Source: Candidatus Woesearchaeota archaeon (GTDB lineage: Archaea > Nanobdellota > Nanobdellia > Woesearchaeales > JAWAQC01). Taken from it: a stretch of DNA of 44,637 bases. Made by a program: the position numbers and the translations under genes. Of this stretch, positions 1-7,846 are shown piece after piece (positions within the stretch are counted from its first letter, which is position 1; each line of letters opens with the position of its first letter). The DNA lies in contig JBJKRA010000061.1 of the NCBI GenBank assembly GCA_046704905.1, positions 1 to 44,637 on the forward strand. Reading direction: 5' to 3'. Under the pieces are notes generated by a model. The model made no database searches and was not told where the DNA came from. It saw only the letters and a program-made list of their open reading frames with translations.

Positions 1-46
1 CCCTCGCCGAGTAGTTCTCGCTGAGGTCTGCGGCGAACGCCGAGAG

Positions 47-286
47 CTACTCTATCCACGCGGCGTCGAGCATGTACCCCTTCCCTGCCTTCGCTGCCAC
101 TCCCTCAGAAACGAGCTCGCCGAGGATGAAGCGTACCCCCTGGTAGCTGATGGCATGGCTGTATTTCCTCGTCAGGAGGCCGTGGATGGCGGCGATGCTC
201 ATCGGCCAGTCCGTGCAGAGGATCTCGAAGACCAGCTGCTTCGCCGTGCTCCCGGAGATCCCCGGATAGAGGAGCTTTGGCGCCAT
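47..286 (-). CDS. small winged-helix DNA-binding protein
   Basis: 79-aa ORF with an HTH-plus-wing pattern (ISYQGVRFILGELVSEGVAAKAGKGYML). It has its own TATA-like box about 27 nt upstream. It ends at TAG 47-49, but the frame stays open to the window edge. Confidence 0.55.
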   Translation of the reverse strand: MAPKLLYPGISGSTAKQLVFEILCTDWPMSIAAIHGLLTRKYSHAISYQGVRFILGELVSEGVAAKAGKGYMLDAAWIE

Positions 287-308
287 AAGGGAAAGAAAGC
301 GTCGATCT

Positions 309-317
309 ATTTTAAAG
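309..317 (-). promoter_or_regulatory. TATA-like box for the 79-aa wHTH gene
   Basis: The minus strand reads CTTTAAAAT, centred about 27 nt upstream of the ATG at 286. Confidence 0.4.
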
Positions 318-358
318 TTATTGCTTCAGGAGGGAAATGAGATTGAAGGAAAGAGCGG

Positions 359-1042
359 TTAGACCTTCTTCTGGCTCGTGCTCACCTTCTGGCTCCAGAA
401 CGTCGGGAGGTCGGCGCGCACCATGCCCTCGAAATCATCGTCCATGATATAGCAATAGGGAGAGAGATTCTCCTTCTTCTTCGCCGCGAACGCCGGTGTC
501 ACTTTCTCGTACAGGTCCTTGATGGCCTTCCTCTCGAACTTCGTCTGGAGGAACGAGGGCTCCTTGAAGATGAGAGAGTCGGCCAGGCGGAGCACGTTCA
601 GGTCGATCATGGCGGAGTTCTGCGTCGCGAGCAGCAGGGTCAGGTTCTTGTGCCGCGCAATCGCCATCAGCTTCCCGAGATACTTGTTCGCGTCCTTCAT
701 CGCCTCCCTCGACGAGAAGGTGACCGCGCCCTCATCGATCATGAGGACGGTGTCCTGCGGAAGGCTCTCGATATCGGTCGTCTTCTTGACCCAGAGCGGG
801 AGCTTCGTCTTCTCATAGCCGTACACGTAGCAGCGGCGTTTCGTATGATGATGGATAAGCTCGAGAAGCGTCATGCCTAGGGCCGTCTTTCCCGAGCCGC
901 GCTTGCCCATGATGAGGAGGATCACGCTCGAGCGCAGGAGCTTCTTCTCGAACCGGTCGTACGAGCCGCGCGCGGTCGACTGCACGTCGAGAGGCGTGAA
1001 CGGCGCTTCAGGCTTCCTCTTCATGAAATCGAACCAGCCCAT
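359..1042 (-). CDS. small P-loop NTPase, FtsK/HerA- or Zot-like
   Basis: Walker A is LIMGKRGSGKT and Walker B is TVLMIDEG. They are followed by ARHKNLTLLLATQNSAMIDLNVLRLADSLIF, which resembles an FtsK-type ATQ segment. I moved the start to ATG 1042 (MGWFDFMKRK) because the longer ORF to 1255 would overlap aspS and its promoter. Confidence 0.7.
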   Translation of the reverse strand: MGWFDFMKRKPEAPFTPLDVQSTARGSYDRFEKKLLRSSVILLIMGKRGSGKTALGMTLLELIHHHTKRRCYVYGYEKTKLPLWVKKTTDIESLPQDTVLMIDEGAVTFSSREAMKDANKYLGKLMAIARHKNLTLLLATQNSAMIDLNVLRLADSLIFKEPSFLQTKFERKAIKDLYEKVTPAFAAKKKENLSPYCYIMDDDFEGMVRADLPTFWSQKVSTSQKKV

Positions 1043-1065
1043 GGGGAAGGAGACGGGTCCCGTAG

Positions 1066-1074
1066 ATATATAAA
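1066..1074 (-). promoter_or_regulatory. TATA box for the P-loop ATPase gene
   Basis: ATATATAAA lies 24 nt from the ATG at 1042, in a divergent intergenic region. Confidence 0.45.
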
Positions 1075-1100
1075 GGTTTCCCGCGTCATGCGATAGCAAA

Positions 1101-1110
1101 ATATATAAAA
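1101..1110 (+). promoter_or_regulatory. TATA box for aspS
   Basis: ATATATAAAA lies 33 nt upstream of the ATG at 1143. Confidence 0.45.
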
Positions 1111-1142
1111 GCCCGAGCCAATGACCGGAACAGGGAAAGACT

Positions 1143-2855
1143 ATGGCATACAGGACGCACACATGCGGGGAACTGCGGAAAGGCGATGCCGGGAAGAGCG
1201 TCACGCTTGCCGGTTGGGTACATAAGATCCGCCTGCACGGCGCGCTCTGCTTCATCGATCTGCGCGACCGCTACGGCATCACGCAGGCGACCGTGGACAG
1301 CACGAGGTTCCCTGCCGTCCAGCAGCTCAGGAAGGAGTCCGTCATAACGATCACAGGGAAGGTGGCGGAGAAGCCCGATCCGAACAAGAAGCTCGCGACC
1401 GGCGGGATCGAGGTCAAGGCGACCGACGTCAAGGTGCTGGCGGAGGCAGAACCCCTCCCCATCGAGATGGAGGACCCGAACACCTCCGAGGACATGCGCC
1501 TGCAGTACCGCTTCCTCGACCTCCGGCGTGATGCCCTGAAGGAGAACATCATCCTCCGCCACAGGATAAAGCACGCCGTGAGCAGCTTCCTCTCCGAGGA
1601 GGGCTTCCTCGACCTCGAGACCCCGATCCTCGCACGCTCTACCCCGGAAGGCGCACGCGACTTCCTCGTCCCGAGCAGGAGGAAGAAGGGCGAGTTCTAC
1701 GCTCTCCCGCAGTCCCCCCAGCTCTTCAAGCAGCTCTTCATGGTCAGCGGCATGGACAAGTACTTCCAGATAGCGCGTTGCTTCCGCGACGAGGACCTCC
1801 GCGCCGACCGTCAGCTCGAGTTCGCCCAGATCGACATCGAGATGAGCTTCATCGACCAGGAGGACGTCATCGCTCTGAACGAGCGCATGATGCAGCGCCT
1901 TTTCAAGGAGGTGCTCGGGAAGGACCTCAGGATCCCCTTCCCCAGGCTCACCTTCCCCGAGGCCATGGAGAGATACGGCAGCGACAAGCCCGACATCAGG
2001 AACCCGATAGAGATGCGCGACCTCACCGCTATCCTCAAGAAGAGCGACTTCGCAATCTTCAGGGAGGCCGAGTACATCACCGGTCTTAAGGTCGAGGGCG
2101 AGTTCACGCGGAAGAAGATCGACGGATACACCAATCACGTCAAGGACTTCCATGCCAAGGGCCTCGTCTGGCTCAAAGGCGGCAAGCCCATGGAAGGCCC
2201 TGCCGCGAAGTATCTCTCCGACGGCACCCAGGAAGAGCTGAAGAAGGCGCTCTGCCTCAAGGAAGGCGAGTACGCCTTCATCATCGCCGACGAGAAGCTG
2301 AAGGCAGAGACGGCTCTCGGCGCGCTCCGGAAAAAGCTCGGCGAGGAGCTCGGCCTCATAAAGGAGGATTTCGCGTTCGTCTGGGTCGTCGATTTCCCCC
2401 TCTTCGAGTACAGCGAGGAGGAGAAGCGCTACGTCTCCCAGCACCACCCCTTCACCATGCCCCATCCCGAGGATTGGGAGAAGATCGAGAAGGATCCGGG
2501 AAGCGTGCGCTCGGTCGCCTACGACCTCGCCCTGAACGGCTCCGAGGTGGCGGGCGGCTCCATCAGGATCCACGACGCGAAGCTGCAGGAGCGGGTATTC
2601 CACGCTTTGGGCCTTTCGGAGGAGCAGATCCGGAACAAGTTCGGTTTCCTCTTGAACGCCTTCAGGTACGGCGTCCCGCCGCACGGCGGCATCGCCTACG
2701 GACTGGACAGGCTGGTCGCAATCATGGCAGGCGCGTCCACCATACGGGACGTGATCCCCTTCCCGAGGAACAAGCAGGGCACGAACCCGCTCGACCAGAG
2801 CCCGAACACGGTGGACGAAGGCCAGCTCGACGAGCTCCATATCAAGGTGAAATGA
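1143..2855 (+). CDS. aspS: aspartyl-tRNA synthetase, bacterial-type long form
   Basis: 570 aa. The N-terminal OB fold reads VTLAGWVHKIRLHGALCFIDLRDRYG. Class II motifs are FYALPQSPQLFKQ, CFRDEDLRADRQ and GLDRLV. A large insertion sits between motifs 2 and 3, as in bacterial AspRS. Confidence 0.95.
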   Translation: MAYRTHTCGELRKGDAGKSVTLAGWVHKIRLHGALCFIDLRDRYGITQATVDSTRFPAVQQLRKESVITITGKVAEKPDPNKKLATGGIEVKATDVKVLAEAEPLPIEMEDPNTSEDMRLQYRFLDLRRDALKENIILRHRIKHAVSSFLSEEGFLDLETPILARSTPEGARDFLVPSRRKKGEFYALPQSPQLFKQLFMVSGMDKYFQIARCFRDEDLRADRQLEFAQIDIEMSFIDQEDVIALNERMMQRLFKEVLGKDLRIPFPRLTFPEAMERYGSDKPDIRNPIEMRDLTAILKKSDFAIFREAEYITGLKVEGEFTRKKIDGYTNHVKDFHAKGLVWLKGGKPMEGPAAKYLSDGTQEELKKALCLKEGEYAFIIADEKLKAETALGALRKKLGEELGLIKEDFAFVWVVDFPLFEYSEEEKRYVSQHHPFTMPHPEDWEKIEKDPGSVRSVAYDLALNGSEVAGGSIRIHDAKLQERVFHALGLSEEQIRNKFGFLLNAFRYGVPPHGGIAYGLDRLVAIMAGASTIRDVIPFPRNKQGTNPLDQSPNTVDEGQLDELHIKVK

Positions 2856-2856
2856 G

Positions 2857-3663
2857 ATGGACGACAAGGACCTGATAAAAGAGGCGATCGAAGAGTACTA
2901 TCGCAGGCAGAAAGAGGAAGCAGAGGATTTCCTTAAGACGATCGGGAAGAAGAACATACTGGAGAAGAAGATATTCGAAGACGTCAACGGGAAGCTTGTC
3001 CAGGGCAAGGTAGGTCCGGTAACCCGCCACAGGATGGGGGAAGTGATAAAGCTTCTGGACGAGATAACAGGGCAGATCTCCAGGATGATAGGCCACGTCC
3101 GCAACCTCACGAAGGACACGTTCGGGATGGACGACGATCTCCTGCGCAGCGCCTGGCATTCGCTGGGATATGACCAGCACCAGGCGCTGAGAATATTGAG
3201 GAACGAGGAGAAAGGGGAGAAGCAGGTCAGGGACATCATAGCCGATGAGATCATAACGCTCGAGGAGATATTCAAGAAACGAAAGGACCTCTACATAGAG
3301 ATGGAGAGGCAATACAGCCAGAAGGACTACAAGGGATTGCAAGAGAGCTACGACCAGGAGAAGAGGGCATTGTCTGAACTGAGGTACCAACTCGGCCTGC
3401 ATGGGACTGAATTCAACAGGGACCTGTCCCGCATGAGCAGGTTCGTCAATACGCCGCTGGGCCGGGTAATCGTTGCGGAGTCCAGCATGGGGATGATACT
3501 CCTGGGGGTTCTCATGGAGATATGGTCGAAAAACGATCCCCAGGACATGAGGACAGGCCTCGGCGCGCTTGCGCTTGGCCTTGTAACGATGATCAGCATG
3601 ACCAGAGGCAGCGACGGCAACGTACGCCTGAGCAGATGGATAAGAAGGCTGGTGAAAGACTGA
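2857..3663 (+). CDS. hypothetical protein with a helical N-terminal region and two C-terminal hydrophobic segments
   Basis: 268-aa ORF that starts 2 nt after the aspS stop and shares one base with the gpmI start (TGATG at 3661-3665). Hydrophobic stretches are VIVAESSMGMILLGVLMEIW and GLGALALGLVTMISM. I recognise no family. Confidence 0.6.
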   Translation: MDDKDLIKEAIEEYYRRQKEEAEDFLKTIGKKNILEKKIFEDVNGKLVQGKVGPVTRHRMGEVIKLLDEITGQISRMIGHVRNLTKDTFGMDDDLLRSAWHSLGYDQHQALRILRNEEKGEKQVRDIIADEIITLEEIFKKRKDLYIEMERQYSQKDYKGLQESYDQEKRALSELRYQLGLHGTEFNRDLSRMSRFVNTPLGRVIVAESSMGMILLGVLMEIWSKNDPQDMRTGLGALALGLVTMISMTRGSDGNVRLSRWIRRLVKD

Positions 3664-5165
3664 TGGGACCCCTCGTGCTCATCATCCGCGACGGCTGGGG
3701 CTACCGCAAGGCGACGGACAGGAACGCCATCGCGAAGGGAAAAGACCCCTACACCGACCATCTCATGCGCACCAATCCCAACATCCTCATAGAGGCGGCA
3801 GGAGAGGCAGCAGGCGTACCGAAAGGCTACCAGGGCAATTCCGAGGTGGGCCATCTCACCATCGGCGCAGGGAGGATCATAGACCAGCCGCTCCAGCGCA
3901 TCAACAAGTCCATAAGGACCGGCACGTTCTTCAGGAATCCCGCCTTCACGCATGTCGTCGACCATTGCAGGAGCAAGAAAAAGACCCTGCACATCATGGG
4001 CCTCCTCCAGACCGAGGGCGTGCATGCCCATAGAGACCATCTCTTCGCACTCTTAGACCTCTGCAAGAAGAGAAGGTTCCATGACGTCAAGCTGCATGTC
4101 TTCACCGACGGCAGGGACTCGCCCACGCACCACGCGATCGACAACATGCGCGTCCTCGCAAGGAAGCTCAAGCAGCTCGGGTTCGGCGAGATCGCGACGA
4201 TCTCCGGGCGCTACTACGCCATGGACCGCGACCACAGGTGGGACCGGACGGAAAAGGCCTACGACGCGATCATGCATGCGAAAGCCGACGCGACATTCGC
4301 CGACCCGATAAAGGCAATGAAAGTCTCCTATGACGCGGACATGACCGACGAGTTCATCGTCCCGCGCATCAAGGAAGGCTACGCGGGCGTGAAGGCGGGC
4401 GACGGCATGATCTTCTACAACTTCCGCACCGACAGGACCCGTCAGCTGACCATGGCCATAGCAGAGAAGAGATTCGACGGATTCCAAAGGAAGAGAGTGC
4501 CCGTCGAGTACGTTGCCATGACAGAATTCTACCGGCCTATGGCGGCGAAGGTCGCGTTCATGCCCGAAATTCCTAAGAACACCCTCGGTGAGGTGCTCGC
4601 CAAGCACCACAAGAAGCAGCTCCGTCTCGCAGAGACCGAGAAGTACGCCCACGTCACGTTCTTTTTCAGCGGCCAGCGCGAGAAGCCCTTCGAAGGAGAG
4701 GACCGCAAGGTCATCCCGAGCCCGCGGGTCGCGACCTACGATCTCAAACCGGAGATGTCTGCCGACGCCGTCGGCGCCTACGCGAAGGACGCCATAGAGA
4801 AAGGGAAATACGATGTCATCATCATGAACTTCGCCAACGGTGACATGGTCGGGCACACCGGCTCCTGGAAGGCGACCCTCGCAGCGGTCAACGCCGTAGA
4901 TAGGAACCTCAAGCTCGTCGTGGAAGCGACCCTGAAAAAAGGAGGCACGGCGCTGGTCTTCGCCGACCACGGCAACTGCGAGGACATGACGGCGAAGTGG
5001 GAGACATCGCACACCATAAACAGGGTGCCCTTCATCCTCGTCTCCGAACGATACAAGAACGCGAAGCTCAGGAGAGGCAAGGGCCTCAAGGACATCGCGC
5101 CGACGGCGTTGAAGCTCCTCGGGATGGACAAGCCGAAAGAGATGACCGGAAGCTCCATCCTCTGA
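3663..5165 (+). CDS. gpmI: 2,3-bisphosphoglycerate-independent phosphoglycerate mutase (GpmI type)
   Basis: 500 aa from ATG 3663 (MGPLVLIIRDGWG). Motifs include GNSEVGHLTIGAGRI and ADHGNCE. The upstream extension of the ORF to 3522 overlaps the preceding gene. Confidence 0.93.
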   Translation: MGPLVLIIRDGWGYRKATDRNAIAKGKDPYTDHLMRTNPNILIEAAGEAAGVPKGYQGNSEVGHLTIGAGRIIDQPLQRINKSIRTGTFFRNPAFTHVVDHCRSKKKTLHIMGLLQTEGVHAHRDHLFALLDLCKKRRFHDVKLHVFTDGRDSPTHHAIDNMRVLARKLKQLGFGEIATISGRYYAMDRDHRWDRTEKAYDAIMHAKADATFADPIKAMKVSYDADMTDEFIVPRIKEGYAGVKAGDGMIFYNFRTDRTRQLTMAIAEKRFDGFQRKRVPVEYVAMTEFYRPMAAKVAFMPEIPKNTLGEVLAKHHKKQLRLAETEKYAHVTFFFSGQREKPFEGEDRKVIPSPRVATYDLKPEMSADAVGAYAKDAIEKGKYDVIIMNFANGDMVGHTGSWKATLAAVNAVDRNLKLVVEATLKKGGTALVFADHGNCEDMTAKWETSHTINRVPFILVSERYKNAKLRRGKGLKDIAPTALKLLGMDKPKEMTGSSIL

Positions 5166-5181
5166 GCGGAGAAGGACAATC

Positions 5182-5382
5182 ATGGATACGCAAAGGAAAA
5201 GGCTCGTCGCCATCGCCGGGACCGTCGGCGTGGTGCTGGTGCTCGTCGTGGCCGCTGCGCTCTTCGCGGCGCTGGCAGGCTTCGGGTACAGGGGATGGGC
5301 CTCAGCGGCATGGCTGGCAGGGGGCATCGTCGTCCTCTATATCGCCCTGCGTCTCATACGCGACCTCTCCAGGCGGGCCTGA
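5182..5382 (+). CDS. small membrane protein (two predicted TM helices)
   Basis: 66-aa ORF with hydrophobic segments IAGTVGVVLVLVVAAALFAALAG and AAWLAGGIVVLYIALRL. A GGAG lies about 10 nt upstream of the ATG. Confidence 0.45.
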   Translation: MDTQRKRLVAIAGTVGVVLVLVVAAALFAALAGFGYRGWASAAWLAGGIVVLYIALRLIRDLSRRA

Positions 5383-5437
5383 AGGCGCTGCGAGACGACA
5401 GGAAAACTTCTTATAGCCGTAGGGCTTCCCCGCTCCC

Positions 5438-6131
5438 ATGACGAGGACGGTACTCATCAGCGGCGGCACGGACGGCGTAGGGAAGGCGGCAGTGAAGCTC
5501 TTTCTCGCGAACGGCAACAACGTTGTGACCTTCTCCAGGAGCAGGGAGAAGTGCGATGCGCTCGGCAAAGAGCTCGGCAGCAGGAAAAATCTCCTCATCG
5601 AGACGGGAGACGTCGCAGAGAAAGCGGACCTGCAGCGCATCCTCAAAGGCGCGAAGGAGCGCTTCGGCAGAATCGACGTCCTCGTCAACAACGCGGGCTT
5701 TGGCTACTTCTCCTATGCCGACGAGGTCGACATGGAGAAGGTCGAGCCTATGCTGCGCACGAACGTCCTGGGGCTTGAGCTGCTGACCGCGCTCGTGCTT
5801 CCGGAGATGAAAGAGAGGAAAAAAGGCACCATCATCAACATCTCCTCGATTTCAGGAAAGACCAGCTTTCCCCGCAGCTCTTTCTATTCCGCGACGAAGT
5901 TCGCGGTCATGGGCTTTTCCGAAGGACTGCGGCATCAGGGTAGCGACCGTCTGTCCGGGCATGATAGAGACGGGATTCTTCGACGACGAGGAATTCGAGA
6001 CGAGGAAGAGGCAGTGGAAGGGGGGCATCCCTGCCATGCTCAAGCCGGAGGACATCGCCCGCGTCATCGTCTTCATCGCCGACCAGCCGGAGCATTGCGA
6101 CATCCAGGATATCACTGTCATGCCGCACTGA
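5438..6131 (+). pseudogene. short-chain dehydrogenase/reductase, reading frame broken near 5931-5940
   Basis: The N-terminal part is a classical SDR: ISGGTDGVGK, NNAG, and S...YSATKFAV. After EGLRH the annotated frame turns into Arg/Gly/His-rich nonsense. The +1 frame from about 5931 reads GIRVATVCPGMIETGFFDDEEFETRKRQWKGGIPAMLKPEDIARVIVFIADQPEHCDIQDITVMPH and stops at 6129-6131, which is a typical SDR C-terminus. Confidence 0.8.
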
Positions 6132-6189
6132 GGAGGAGAGGATTTCCGAGGGAGATATAGAAAAACTTAAATATAAGGATATCAATATA

Positions 6190-6205
6190 AGATATAACTA
6201 TATCT
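6190..6205. promoter_or_regulatory. inverted repeat AGATATA-AC-TATATCT overlapping the TATA region of the TA operon
   Basis: Perfect 7-bp arms lie 16-31 nt upstream of the ATG at 6221. A third AGATATA half-site is at 6153-6159. Confidence 0.4.
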
Positions 6206-6220
6206 CTAAAAAGAACATAG

Positions 6221-6496
6221 ATGGTAACTCCTAAAATCGTGGAAAAGGTAGGCCATTCCCCCACCCTGAATACGGTACTGATGGTAGAGGATACGCTCAG
6301 GAACGCGGAAGAGGTCATAACTGTTGCGGAACTCAAGCGAAGAATTCCGAAAAAGATCATGCACAATACTTTAATCACCATTCTCGATTATCTCCAGATG
6401 AGCGGCAAGATTGTCATCGGGACAAAGGGTATCCTCTGGGTCTATACGGACAAAGAGGAACTTGATGCGCTTATCAGGAGAGGCACAGAGATGTGA
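6221..6496 (+). CDS. small wHTH protein, candidate antitoxin/regulator
   Basis: 91-aa ORF. Its stop overlaps the GTG start of the downstream RelE-like ORF by 4 nt (GTGA). It shows an HTH-wing pattern (ITVAELKRRIPKKIMHNTLITILDYLQMSGKIVIGTKGILWV). Confidence 0.55.
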   Translation: MVTPKIVEKVGHSPTLNTVLMVEDTLRNAEEVITVAELKRRIPKKIMHNTLITILDYLQMSGKIVIGTKGILWVYTDKEELDALIRRGTEM

Positions 6497-6783
6497 AAAG
6501 ACAGGTCAGGATCGTACTTCTCGATGATGCGGAAACGGAATACAAGAGGCTTTTCCGCACTGTCCGCGAGCAGGAAAGAGATGGGAAGGATAACACCGAC
6601 GAGATGCGGTTGCTGCGCTCCATAGACCAGAAGAAAGAGGTTATCAAAAGGGATCCCTTCTACGGCGACAACATAGAGAAAAGAAGGATACCGAAGGTCC
6701 GCTACAATGTGCAGAACCTTTGGAGAGTGGAACTCACAGGCTACTGGCGCATGCTCTACACAATCAAAGGCAACGAAGCATAG
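6493..6783 (+). CDS. RelE/ParE-superfamily toxin-like protein, terminated prematurely by TAG
   Basis: 96 aa with a GTG start. The core reads NLWRVELTGYWRMLYTIKGNEA. The in-frame TAG at 6781 is followed by 23 sense codons, IVCFILDILDHRNYDKVFGYRKR, ending at TGA 6853-6855. These look like the missing conserved C-terminus. Confidence 0.6.
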   Translation: MKRQVRIVLLDDAETEYKRLFRTVREQERDGKDNTDEMRLLRSIDQKKEVIKRDPFYGDNIEKRRIPKVRYNVQNLWRVELTGYWRMLYTIKGNEA

Positions 6784-6864
6784 ATAGTCTGCTTCATTCT
6801 GGATATCCTTGATCACAGGAACTACGACAAGGTCTTCGGCTACAGAAAAAGATGAGAAAAGAAT

Positions 6865-7617
6865 CTACTGCACGTAGTAGTCCTCTTTCAGTATCCGCTC
6901 GACGACGTGGTGATAGTCCTTCGCGCCCGGAGCGCTCTTCATGTACTCGAAGATCGACTTGCCGTGCTTGGGCGCCTCCTTGAGTTTCGTGTTCATCCGG
7001 ATCGGATCGGTCACCTCGCCGGAGAACCCCTTCCTGATGTCGGCGAGCGTGTCCTTGGCCATCCGGCTCCTCCCGTCGAACAGCGTCGGGATCACCGCCG
7101 TGACCCTGATCTTGTGCTCGAAGACGTCCTCCATCTGCCGGATGATGTCGAGCATCTTGCGCAGGGCGTCGAAGCCCAGGTAATCGGTGGAGACAGGTAT
7201 GATCGCCTCGTTCGCGTAGATCAGCGCGTTGTAGTTGAGCAGGTTGAGCGTCGGCGGGCAGTCTATGAACACGAAGTCGTAGTCATGGACCCTCGAGAGG
7301 ACGCGCTTGAGCACCATCTCCCTGTTCGGCTGGCCGGCGAGGATCAGCTCTGCCTTGTGCAGCGAGCTGTCGCTCGGGATGACGTCGAGCCTGGGTTCGG
7401 CAGAGACCATGCAGTCGTAGGGGTCGGCGCCGTCGATGAGGAGGTCGTAGACCGTGCAGGGGGATTTCAGCCAGAGGCTGGATGCCACGTTCCCCTGCGG
7501 GTCGAAATCGATGACCAGCACCTTCTTGCCGGCTTTCGCCAGGCCGCTCGCGAGACTGATGGTGGTCGTGGTCTTGCCCACGCCACCCTTCTGGTTGATG
7601 ACGCATATCTTCCTCAT
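6865..7617 (-). CDS. parA: ParA/MinD-family ATPase
   Basis: 250 aa with a deviant Walker A, INQKGGVGKTTT, followed by VLVIDFDPQGN. Confidence 0.9.
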   Translation of the reverse strand: MRKICVINQKGGVGKTTTTISLASGLAKAGKKVLVIDFDPQGNVASSLWLKSPCTVYDLLIDGADPYDCMVSAEPRLDVIPSDSSLHKAELILAGQPNREMVLKRVLSRVHDYDFVFIDCPPTLNLLNYNALIYANEAIIPVSTDYLGFDALRKMLDIIRQMEDVFEHKIRVTAVIPTLFDGRSRMAKDTLADIRKGFSGEVTDPIRMNTKLKEAPKHGKSIFEYMKSAPGAKDYHHVVERILKEDYYVQ

Positions 7618-7846
7618 GGGATAACACCTGTAGACAGCACCTTAAAAGGAGGTCTTCTGGAGCGGGCCCTCTTTTTTAAATCTTTCGAAAACCTACACTG
7701 GTGTGGATTTTCGGTGCAAAAAGAGAGGAGGAATCCCACCTGGGAAGTGGCACAAAAAGGGCAGGAAAGCGCTGCCATGCCGGAAAAAGCAACATTTAAA
7801 TAGTACGGGCCGCTATGGGTGGACCAGGAAATAGGGTGCATCCACT

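Noticed and set aside
1-49. Possible TAG read-through or recoding. The wHTH ORF stops at TAG 47-49, but the frame stays open (LSAFAADLSENYSAR) to the window edge. This parallels the TAG-interrupted RelE-like gene at 6781.
   Set aside because: TAG terminates Lrp, ParA, Rio1, MBF1, the UbiA gene and others at their natural family C-termini. Fifteen open codons in G+C-rich DNA is not significant. I saw no Pyl machinery in the window. The idea would be worth revisiting only if pylT or pylS occurs elsewhere in the genome.
359-1255. N-terminal extensions of ORFs in the six-frame track (359-1255, 3522-5165, 9958-11571, 23830-24978, 27114-27875, 27749-28705, 32293-33555, 34274-35419, 43442-44536).
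   Set aside because: In each case an internal ATG gives the canonical family N-terminus. It also produces an ATGA or TGATG junction, or a sensible TATA spacing. The extension, in contrast, overlaps the neighbouring gene or promoter.
1086-2867. A 593-aa ORF on the minus strand spanning the whole of aspS.
   Set aside because: It is a shadow ORF antisense to a confidently identified gene. The composition is L/E/V/R/A/D-rich and low in complexity, as expected for the antisense of G+C-rich coding DNA, and it shows no motif.
4053-5327. A 424-aa minus-strand ORF over gpmI and the small membrane ORF.
   Set aside because: It is antisense to gpmI, has no recognisable motif, and shows the same high-G+C shadow-ORF pattern. 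The same reasoning applies to 3348-4040, 6907-7803, 9476-10216, 10351-11463, 10728-11732, 11794-12462, 12557-13417, 13815-14813, 15183-16160, 23968-24888, 25131-26075, 26350-27141 and 41540-42055.
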